Source of the DNA: Deltaproteobacteria bacterium CG11_big_fil_rev_8_21_14_0_20_42_23
GTDB taxonomy: Bacteria; UBA10199; 2-02-FULL-44-16
DNA length: 19,866 bases
Assembly (NCBI GenBank): GCA_002796345.1
Contig: PCXC01000067.1
Coordinates: 1-19,866 of the forward strand
Direction of reading: 5' to 3'
The position numbers and the translations under genes are program-made. A model generated the notes under the pieces. The model searched no databases. It saw only the letters and a list, made by a program, of their open reading frames with translations, and was not told the DNA's origin. Position 1 is the stretch's first letter, and the number at the start of each line of letters is the position of its first letter. Positions 7,737 to 15,316 of the stretch are shown here, piece by piece.

Positions 7737-9032
7737 ATGACTCTTGCTCCTTATCGTGAAGTAAAACAATTTGAACCAAGCGCAAATACTGCTCCAGCTT
7801 GGCTTGCGGCTTTTCGTAAAAACGCTTATGAAAGTATCCAAAAAAATGGTTTCCCCAGCAGAAAACAAGAAGGCTGGAAATACTTAAACTTGGAACCCAT
7901 TCTTTCAAACGTATTTGCTGAAAATACCAAAGCAGAAGAACTGAACTTGAATGACATGCTGCTTGAAGACGCTTATCAAGTTGTTGTGCAAAATGGAAAA
8001 ATAAACACAACACTTTCATCTTCAGATCTTCCGCAAAACCTTGTGGTATGTAGCTTTGAAGACGCGTTAAAAAACTATGAGCGTGAGTTAGAAACGTGCA
8101 TCAATTTATCTCAAGCTGAAACGCTCAACAGCTTTGAAGCCCTAAACCGAGTTCACTTTCAAGATGGATTATTTTGCCTCATTCAAAAAGAAACGAAACT
8201 TGAAAAGCCACTTCAAATTCTTATTGCAAATTCAAGCGCTGAAACTGACGCTGTTTTTTATCCTCGCCTTTACGTTGTTGCAAACGAAGGATCAAAGGCA
8301 AACATTCTTTTCACCCAAGTTGGGAAAAGCAACGCTAAAACGCTTTGCAATCTTGCAACTTATCTTTTTGCAAAAGAAAACAGCTGTCTTGAACTTGTAA
8401 GTTATCAAGATGAAACTGAAAAAAATTATAGCCTTGCAAACAACTTTGTTTTTCAAGCTGCTGGCAGTGCTGTGAACTGGACCACTTACACACATTCTTG
8501 CAATGTTATTCGCAACGAAACAAAAGTGGCCTTCACCGGAAAATCAGCTAGCACCAACATCAATAGCCTTTGTCTGCTTTCGGGAGAAAATGAAGTCTAC
8601 AATCACGTCACTGTAGAACACAGAGTTGGCGCCTGTACCAGCCAGCAACTTTCAAAACATATTTTAAATGGAAAAGCTCGAAATGAATTTAACAGCATGT
8701 CACATATTTTTGAAGGCGCATCACTTTCAGACTCACAACAAATGAGCAGAAGCATGTTACTTTCGGACAAGGCCCGTATTTTTTCACGGCCACAACTACG
8801 AGTGTACAACGAAGATGTGAAAGCAGCGCACGGCGCAACCATTGGCCAAGTCAGCGCTGACGAGCTTTTCTATTTGCAAAGCAGAGGCATTGCAAAAGAT
8901 GAAGCAACTTCTTTGCTGGTCTATGGTTTCGCAGAAGAAGTGGTAGAAACCATTGCTGACAAAACAATGAGAGCCTTCATCGAAAAACATGTTCAACGAG
9001 ACTTACGAGAAGTGGTAAGCACAGAAGTTTAA
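7737..9032 (+). CDS. sufD: Fe-S cluster assembly protein SufD.
   Basis: 431 aa. Follows sufC. The C-terminal region is SufB/D-like (...LFYLQSRGIAKDEATSLLVYGF...). Confidence 0.9.
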   Translation: MTLAPYREVKQFEPSANTAPAWLAAFRKNAYESIQKNGFPSRKQEGWKYLNLEPILSNVFAENTKAEELNLNDMLLEDAYQVVVQNGKINTTLSSSDLPQNLVVCSFEDALKNYERELETCINLSQAETLNSFEALNRVHFQDGLFCLIQKETKLEKPLQILIANSSAETDAVFYPRLYVVANEGSKANILFTQVGKSNAKTLCNLATYLFAKENSCLELVSYQDETEKNYSLANNFVFQAAGSAVNWTTYTHSCNVIRNETKVAFTGKSASTNINSLCLLSGENEVYNHVTVEHRVGACTSQQLSKHILNGKARNEFNSMSHIFEGASLSDSQQMSRSMLLSDKARIFSRPQLRVYNEDVKAAHGATIGQVSADELFYLQSRGIAKDEATSLLVYGFAEEVVETIADKTMRAFIEKHVQRDLREVVSTEV

Positions 9033-9035
9033 ATT

Positions 9036-10283
9036 ATGAACTCCGAAACCGAAAATAAAAATTGCTTCGATGCCAAAAAATGCAAAGCACAATTTCCTGT
9101 GCTTCGGCAAGTTATTGCCATGAAAGAAATTGTCTACCTCGATACTGCAGCTACTTCGCAAAAACCGCAGCAAGTGATTGATCGTATGACCAGGTTTTAT
9201 GAGGAAGAATACGCAACCATCAATCGCGGTGTCTACAAACTCAGCCAGAATGCAACTTTGCTGGCATCTCAAGTTCGTGAACAATGCAAACAATTTGTAA
9301 ATGCAGCTTCAACTGCTGAAATTATTTTTACTCGAGGCACTACCGAAGCTATCAACCTTGTGGCTAAAAGCTGGGGATCTCAAAATCTTTCAGCTGCTGA
9401 TTGCATTCTTATTTCTGAACTTGAACATCACGCCAATATTGTTCCATGGCAATTACTTCAAAAAGAAAAGGGATTCCGCATTCATGTTATTCCCGCAAAA
9501 GATAACGGCGATCTTTGCCTTGAAAGTTACAAAACACTTTTGAGCGAACACAAACCAAAACTTGTTTGTGTCGGTCATGTTTCAAACGCACTTGGAACAG
9601 TTCATCCCATCAAAAAAATGATTGCCCTCGCGCACGCTGAAAATGCGTTTGTGCTCATAGACGGCGCACAAGCTGTTCCTCATTTTGAAGTAGATGTGCA
9701 AAATCTTGATGCAGACTTTTACGCTTTTTCTGCACACAAAATGTATGGCCCAAGTGGCATTGGTATCTTGTACGGAAAGAAAAACATTCTCGATGAAATG
9801 CCTCCTTTTATGGGTGGCGGCGACATGATTGAATCGGTTAGTTTCGAAAAAACAACATTTGCAAAAACGCCTTTCAAGTTTGAAGCAGGAACACCTTCGC
9901 TTGCAGAGATTGTTGGGCTTGGTGCTGCCATTGATTATCTTCATAAACTTGGTCTAAAAAACATAAAAACTTACGAAGATTATCTTTTACAATTTGCACT
10001 TTCAAAACTATCTGACATTCCTGGCTTAAACATTTTGGCAAATCCAAACGAACGAAGTTCGCTTGTTTCTTTTGTGCTTGATGGGATTCATCCTCACGAT
10101 ATTGGCACCATCTTAGATGAAGAGGGAATTTCAGTGCGCGCCGGACATCACTGCGCCCAACCAACCATGAAACGTTATGGCGTTCCAGCTACCGTCAGAG
10201 CTACGTTTGCGCATTACAACACTGAAGAAGATGTTCAAAAATTAGTACTTGCGCTCAAAAAAGTAAAAGAGGTCTTTGGATGA
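9036..10283 (+). CDS. sufS: Cysteine desulfurase SufS (group II, PLP-dependent).
   Basis: PLP-lysine motif SAHKMYGPSGIG and catalytic cysteine loop RAGHHCAQP. 415 aa. Overlaps sufU by 4 nt. Confidence 0.95.
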   Translation: MNSETENKNCFDAKKCKAQFPVLRQVIAMKEIVYLDTAATSQKPQQVIDRMTRFYEEEYATINRGVYKLSQNATLLASQVREQCKQFVNAASTAEIIFTRGTTEAINLVAKSWGSQNLSAADCILISELEHHANIVPWQLLQKEKGFRIHVIPAKDNGDLCLESYKTLLSEHKPKLVCVGHVSNALGTVHPIKKMIALAHAENAFVLIDGAQAVPHFEVDVQNLDADFYAFSAHKMYGPSGIGILYGKKNILDEMPPFMGGGDMIESVSFEKTTFAKTPFKFEAGTPSLAEIVGLGAAIDYLHKLGLKNIKTYEDYLLQFALSKLSDIPGLNILANPNERSSLVSFVLDGIHPHDIGTILDEEGISVRAGHHCAQPTMKRYGVPATVRATFAHYNTEEDVQKLVLALKKVKEVFG

Positions 10284-10759
10284 GTGATCGCGTTCAACAA
10301 CTGTATCAAGAAATTTTGCTTGAGCATAATAAGCAACCTCGAAATTTTCACGAAATTAAAGAGGCAAATGCCTATTCACATGGAGTGAATCCTTTATGCG
10401 GAGATGATTATCAGCTGTTTCTCAAGATTAACGATAAAAATATTATCGAAGATCTAGGCTTTACGGGAAATGGTTGCGCCATTTCAAAATCAAGCGCATC
10501 TCTTATGAGCACAGTTATAAAAGGAAAAACACTTGAAGAAGCGGAAAAACTGAAAGATTGCTTTCATGAATTGCTCACTCAAGAAGAAGTCTCTCAAAAA
10601 ACTTTAGATACCTTGGGAAAATTAAAAATATTTCAAGGAGTGAAACAATTTCCTGTGAGAGTAAAATGTGCAACGCTCATCTGGCACGCACTAGAAGATG
10701 CCTTGCAAGACCGTCGCAATATTAATGAAAAAAAAGAAAAAAGTATTTCAACAGAATAA
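10280..10759 (+). CDS. sufU: SufU-type sulfur acceptor/scaffold (IscU-like, zinc-dependent sulfurtransferase).
   Basis: The GVNPLCGDDY and GNGCAIS Cys motifs are characteristic of SufU. 159 aa. Confidence 0.85.
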   Translation: MSDRVQQLYQEILLEHNKQPRNFHEIKEANAYSHGVNPLCGDDYQLFLKINDKNIIEDLGFTGNGCAISKSSASLMSTVIKGKTLEEAEKLKDCFHELLTQEEVSQKTLDTLGKLKIFQGVKQFPVRVKCATLIWHALEDALQDRRNINEKKEKSISTE

Positions 10760-10771
10760 AAGGAGAAAAAA

Positions 10772-11332
10772 ATGAATATCGAAATTGCAGTACAAGCAAC
10801 CCCAAATCCAAACACCCTTAAGTTCATTGTGAATCAGCTTTTGCTGGACAGTGGCAGTATCGATTTCCAAAATGCTGAACAAGCACAGGGTTCACCACTT
10901 GCTGAAAAACTTTTTTCAATCAGCAATGTTTCTGGAGTGTATGTGGGAATTAATTTTGTTTCAGTGACTAAAACCGACTCAAGCTCTTGGGCAGAACTTT
11001 CTGAACCAGTAGTAAACTGTTTGAAAGAAATAATTTCGAGCGGAATAAAATTAATTTCTGACACGGTACTTGTTTCTAGTCACAATATTGCAAGTGGATC
11101 TGAAAATGAAATTGAAGAAAAAATCAAAGCTATTCTCGACCGCGAAATCAGACCAGCCGTTGCCATGGACGGTGGAGACATTACTTTTCATAGCTACGAA
11201 AACGGAATTGTAACATTACAACTTCGCGGCGCCTGCAGCTCTTGCCCTTCTTCTACCATGACGTTGAAAATGGGTGTTGAAAATCGCTTGAAAGAAATGA
11301 TTCCAGAAGTAAAAGAAGTAGTGCAGTTATAA
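10772..11332 (+). CDS. Nfu/NifU-like Fe-S carrier: Nfu_N domain plus C-terminal NifU-like CxxC domain.
   Basis: N-terminal ...TPNPNTLKF... and C-terminal ...RPAVAMDGGDITF...LQLRGACSSCPSS... Confidence 0.85.
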   Translation: MNIEIAVQATPNPNTLKFIVNQLLLDSGSIDFQNAEQAQGSPLAEKLFSISNVSGVYVGINFVSVTKTDSSSWAELSEPVVNCLKEIISSGIKLISDTVLVSSHNIASGSENEIEEKIKAILDREIRPAVAMDGGDITFHSYENGIVTLQLRGACSSCPSSTMTLKMGVENRLKEMIPEVKEVVQL

Positions 11333-11344
11333 TTTTTATTTCAC

Positions 11345-11386
11345 ACAAAAGAAAAAGGGCTGATACTCTCAGCCCTTTTTTATTTT
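11345..11386. terminator. Bidirectional rho-independent terminator after nfu. It also serves the convergent minus-strand prohibitin gene.
   Basis: AAAAGAAAAAG-GGGCTGA-tactc-TCAGCCCT-TTTTTATTTT. An 8-bp GC-rich stem is flanked by an A-run and a T-run. Confidence 0.75.
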
Positions 11387-11404
11387 GCTTTGCTTTTTCT
11401 AGCT

Positions 11405-11550
11405 TGATCAGGAGATCCAGCAATTCTAACACTTTGCTGTCATCCTGAGTAAAACGAAGGATCTCCTCGGACAATTTGAGTGTTTGAGCACAGCAAAATC
11501 GGAATTGCCAGAGGAGATCACCACGTCGCTACGCTCCTCGTGATGACACC
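11405..11550. ncRNA. Highly self-complementary intergenic block: candidate structured small RNA, 3'-UTR element or REP-like cluster. Contains motif copy 2 (11509-11548).
   Basis: A 9-bp perfect stem AGGAGATCC/GGATCTCCT (11410-11418, 11459-11467). Several reverse-complementary blocks: gcaattc/gaattgc, aacact/agtgtt, tttgctgt/acagcaaa, tgtcatc/gatgaca. Motif copy 2 is cAGAGGAG-ATCAC-cacgtcgctacg-CTCCTC-GTGAT-GACA. Strand and transcription are unknown. Confidence 0.35.
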
Positions 11551-11556
11551 TTAAAA

Positions 11557-12375
11557 TTATTCATTCCCCAAAATAAGTGGAAGTCCATCTTTGCTGTTTC
11601 CAATAATGACTACTTTTGAATTGTTGCTCTCTGCCAATTTTTGCGTTGCTTCAAGTCCGCGTAATTTCAAAATGGAACTGTTGAGGCTTTGGCTTGCAAT
11701 GCGGTTGTAGTCTGCAATTCCCTGAGCTTCAATTCTTTTGCGCTCTGCTTGTTGACGCTCACGATCGAGAACAAATTTCATTTGCTCTGCTCGCTGTTCT
11801 TCCTCCAACTTTTTCTCAATTGCTGTAGAAAGAATTTCTGGAAGCTTCACCGATCGAAGCAAAACTTTTTCTAATCTAAGCCCACGCTTTTTGAAAAGCG
11901 GTTCCAACTGGTTAAACATTTTTTCAGAAACCACTTCGCGTTCTGCTGTGTATAATGCTTTTGCTTCATACTCGGCTGTTACGCCTCTGACCACCGACCT
12001 TACTTGAGGAACCACTGCAACGTTCAAGTAATTGAGCCCAATTGTTTTGTAAACTTGCGGTGCATTTTTTGGTTCGAGTGAAAGCAAAACGGATAGGTCA
12101 ATCTCAACCGTCAAACCTTCTTTGGAAGGAACAATAGCCGTTTCGCTGATTTGCTGTGTTCTCACGCTCAGTTTATTTACTTGCGCCAGGGGATTGATGA
12201 GACGAATGCCAGATGGAAGCTCGCGGTCGCTCACTTTTCCAAAAAGCTCTTGAACTCCAACATGACCGGCAGGCACTACCACAATTGCTTTTGTGAGAAG
12301 GATGAAAACAAAAAATACAGCAGCTGCAATTATGACTTGTTTTTTTGGTAATGAAAAATTTGGACCATCACTCAT
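11557..12375 (-). CDS. SPFH/Band-7 (prohibitin-family) membrane protein.
   Basis: N-terminal transmembrane anchor VIIAAAVFFVFILLTKAIVVV, an SPFH core, and a coiled-coil C-terminal region EEEQRAEQMKFVLDRERQQAERKRIEAQ. Confidence 0.85.
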   Translation of the reverse strand: MSDGPNFSLPKKQVIIAAAVFFVFILLTKAIVVVPAGHVGVQELFGKVSDRELPSGIRLINPLAQVNKLSVRTQQISETAIVPSKEGLTVEIDLSVLLSLEPKNAPQVYKTIGLNYLNVAVVPQVRSVVRGVTAEYEAKALYTAEREVVSEKMFNQLEPLFKKRGLRLEKVLLRSVKLPEILSTAIEKKLEEEQRAEQMKFVLDRERQQAERKRIEAQGIADYNRIASQSLNSSILKLRGLEATQKLAESNNSKVVIIGNSKDGLPLILGNE

Positions 12376-12481
12376 AACATCTCCTCTTTGTAGAAGTTAA
12401 CGGGGTGCGAAAGTAGCCAGAGTGAGATGTATATGCAAGGTTTAAAGTGGACAACGAGGATTTTGTTATTCTCCACACGTC

Positions 12482-14137
12482 CTAATATTTAAACGAACTT
12501 TTCCCAATAAATTCGCGCAGAAGTGAATTTGGCGGAATTTCAGATTCGAGAATGGGAATAAAATAACTAAAAAATCTCACCAAACGAGAAGCTTCCATAA
12601 ATGAAGGATGATTATGATCAACTTCCATCAAATAGCGCTCTGCATAGGGTTTGAGCAAGGCATGCTCATAAATAAATGCTGAATTAAAAATAACATCTGC
12701 ATCTTCCTGAAACGGAAAAATATATTTCGCTTCTCCATTTCTAACACTGCTCCACATGGCAATCGTTTCGGCGGCATTCGTTCCTCGGAAAAGTCGATCA
12801 CGAATAATGCGGCGGCAAAGCCGTGTATCTGTGGTAAAAATACGACTGTGATCATCAATGCAAAGTTGCGTTAAAGCTGAAACATATATTTTGTATTTTG
12901 CATGATCGGGAACACTTTTGGAAAGATCACGATTGAGACCGTGTATTCCTTCCATGATTAAAATTTGGCCTTCTTTCAATCGCAAAGGTTTTGTTTCGTG
13001 CGGATTTCTGGAACCATTGTTAAAATGATAAACAGGAACATTCACTTCTTCGCCATTCATCAATGCTGCTAGATGTCTATTGAGAAGAGGAACATCAAGG
13101 GCATCAATGGTTTCAAAGTTGGGTGTTCCATCTTCATGTTTTGGAGTTTCATAATTGGGCAAATAATAGTCATCTAGCGAAATGGCCACAGGTTCAATGC
13201 CATGCACTTTCAGCTGAATGGAAAGACGCTTTGTGAAAGTTGTTTTTCCAGAACTTGAAGGACCTGCCACCAAAAGCAATTTCACGCCTTCTCTCTCGGC
13301 AACATAATCTGAAATGCTTGCGATTTTCTTTTCGTGCAATGCTTCTGTTACTTTGATGAGATCTGAAATTCCGCCATTCACACAATGATCATTTAAATCT
13401 GCGACATGCCTTGTTTTTACAAGTTCGTTCCATCTTTTTGTTTCACGATAGACTCCAAACAGTTTTGGCTGAGGAGGAATTCCTTTTGCAAGCTTTCCAT
13501 TGTCGTCGGGAAACACAAGCACCAAGCCATGTTCATAAGGTTCAAGGGAAAAAGTGTTGATTAAACTGGTATGCGATGCAAGCGGACCATGTTGAATGCC
13601 AACATAGTCACAAAGATGTGCAACTGGAACTTCTGAATTGCGCATTTGATTGATCAATCGAGATTTATCGTACGCATTTACGCGCTCAAACAATTCGATT
13701 GCTTCTTCTGCGCTTAGCCAATCAACTTCAATAGGCACATCGTCAGAGATGATTTTTTTCATCTCTTTACTCACTTCTGCCGCAAATTGCGCGCCAGCTC
13801 TTTCGCCTTCTATGTCAAAAAAATATGCGGTGGACGACATGGATTGCCCAACGGTAAGCTTCATCTGCGGATACAATCTTCTCACCGCAGCATACAAAAT
13901 CATGGAAGCCGTTCTGCGATAAATATCCATTCCTTCGCGATGGCTAAGATCTATGGTTTCGATTTCCGAATTGGTATTGAGCACATAGTACAAACCCTTA
14001 CTGCTCTTATTTACAATAGCACCAAGGGCTGGAAGCTTTCCAGGATGTGGATGATCACTCAGAAGAGTTTCTAAACTAATGCCAGTGTCAACGCTAAGCG
14101 GTACTCCATTTAAAATTACTTTGAGTTTTTTTGTCAT
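12482..14137 (-). CDS. Uridine/cytidine-kinase-family (PRK/Udk) P-loop kinase fused to a ThrRS-like N-terminal TGS plus a degenerate editing-like domain.
   Basis: Walker A AGPSSSGKTTF and the Udk-like block ILIMEGIHGLN in the C-terminal half. The N-terminus MTKKLKVILNGVPLSVDTGISLETLL is a TGS-like beta-grasp. The following segment resembles the ThrRS N2 domain but lacks the HxxxH zinc/editing histidines. Confidence 0.8.
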   Translation of the reverse strand: MTKKLKVILNGVPLSVDTGISLETLLSDHPHPGKLPALGAIVNKSSKGLYYVLNTNSEIETIDLSHREGMDIYRRTASMILYAAVRRLYPQMKLTVGQSMSSTAYFFDIEGERAGAQFAAEVSKEMKKIISDDVPIEVDWLSAEEAIELFERVNAYDKSRLINQMRNSEVPVAHLCDYVGIQHGPLASHTSLINTFSLEPYEHGLVLVFPDDNGKLAKGIPPQPKLFGVYRETKRWNELVKTRHVADLNDHCVNGGISDLIKVTEALHEKKIASISDYVAEREGVKLLLVAGPSSSGKTTFTKRLSIQLKVHGIEPVAISLDDYYLPNYETPKHEDGTPNFETIDALDVPLLNRHLAALMNGEEVNVPVYHFNNGSRNPHETKPLRLKEGQILIMEGIHGLNRDLSKSVPDHAKYKIYVSALTQLCIDDHSRIFTTDTRLCRRIIRDRLFRGTNAAETIAMWSSVRNGEAKYIFPFQEDADVIFNSAFIYEHALLKPYAERYLMEVDHNHPSFMEASRLVRFFSYFIPILESEIPPNSLLREFIGKSSFKY

Positions 14138-14246
14138 AATTGAAAATGTTTTCTCAACTCATTGTCATTGTGACCGAAGCGCAACAATTATCCTCTAGCA
14201 AGTGTAGATCCTGCATTTGCGAGGATGACAACATGAGTAAAAATAA

Positions 14247-14612
14247 TTATTTTTTCCCAGTTTTTTTATTGTGCAAAAGAGATGAATTTTTCAATTCCCC
14301 TTTTGTATTTTCCATGTGCTTTTGCAAGTCATTAATTCTTCCGTAGAGCCCAAGTAATTTTGCATCAGCTTTTAAAGGATCGTTTTCATTTTGATGCATA
14401 CGCTCATAAACAGCCATACCTAAATCGTGAAAGGTTCGATAGAGATCAAGTTGATCTTTGCGTTGATTGTAATGAAGTTTTGTAATTTCTACTGTTTTTC
14501 CAGCAACCGTTTCCGCTGTTTGAAAACCAGTTTTCAAAAGTTCAATTCCTTCTTCAACAATTCGTTTTGCTTTTTCCAAATTTTGGTTTGGCTCTTTTTT
14601 TGGCTCTGACAT
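14247..14612 (-). CDS. Hypothetical protein, 121 aa. Predicted helical/coiled-coil, Lys-rich C-terminus.
   Basis: Open frame with an upstream RBS (AAGAAAGAGGAGGGATT). No recognisable motif. Confidence 0.5.
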   Translation of the reverse strand: MSEPKKEPNQNLEKAKRIVEEGIELLKTGFQTAETVAGKTVEITKLHYNQRKDQLDLYRTFHDLGMAVYERMHQNENDPLKADAKLLGLYGRINDLQKHMENTKGELKNSSLLHNKKTGKK

Positions 14613-14688
14613 AATCCCTCCTCTTTCTTAAACCCTTGTGAAAAACAAGCTTTGCGCTTGATCGTATTAGAAAAACAAAAGATGGTCT

Positions 14689-15192
14689 TTAATTCATACT
14701 CTCTATTTCGTTATCTTCTCCATAATGAAATGGACGCAATATAGGAATATCTTCTGCATACAAGCGTTGCAATTTTACGTTATCTGGATGCTCCGCTTTT
14801 ATTTCTTGCGCATATTCAAAGGGAAGTAAAATTTCGCTGATAACATAATCTACATATTTTGTGGTTTCGGGCGAATAAGATGGCCGTAGCTCGGCACGCT
14901 CGGTAAGAAGGATTGCAAGTTGAGTGCAAAAATTTACTTCAAGGCTTTGAGGAAGTCTGAAAAAACATCGAAGCAAAATGCGATTGATCACAATACGAAG
15001 ATCTGAAACGACTTCTTGTAAAAGTAAAACTGGTTTTCCTAAATCTCGTTCAACCAAATAAAACTCAAATAAATCAAGAAGCGACAAAGCATCCGCTTCT
15101 ATTGTTTTAAAACTTTCTCCTGTGGCCTCTTCGTAACTTTCTTCGAAACTGATCTCTTCCCACAATTGTTTCTTCATATTTTTCGTCTCCAC
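14689..15192 (-). CDS. Hypothetical protein, 167 aa, acidic.
   Basis: Open frame only. No recognisable motif. Confidence 0.5.
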   Translation of the reverse strand: METKNMKKQLWEEISFEESYEEATGESFKTIEADALSLLDLFEFYLVERDLGKPVLLLQEVVSDLRIVINRILLRCFFRLPQSLEVNFCTQLAILLTERAELRPSYSPETTKYVDYVISEILLPFEYAQEIKAEHPDNVKLQRLYAEDIPILRPFHYGEDNEIESMN

Positions 15193-15316
15193 GCAGCTGT
15201 TTCTCCAAACGAACGAAATTCATTTTACCTTAAAAAAAGATCGAAGATGAGCAAAATCTTGTTTTCCTTCCATTTTTTTAGTTTTCACGTTCAATAAGAC
15301 TGCAAGCAATTGAAAA

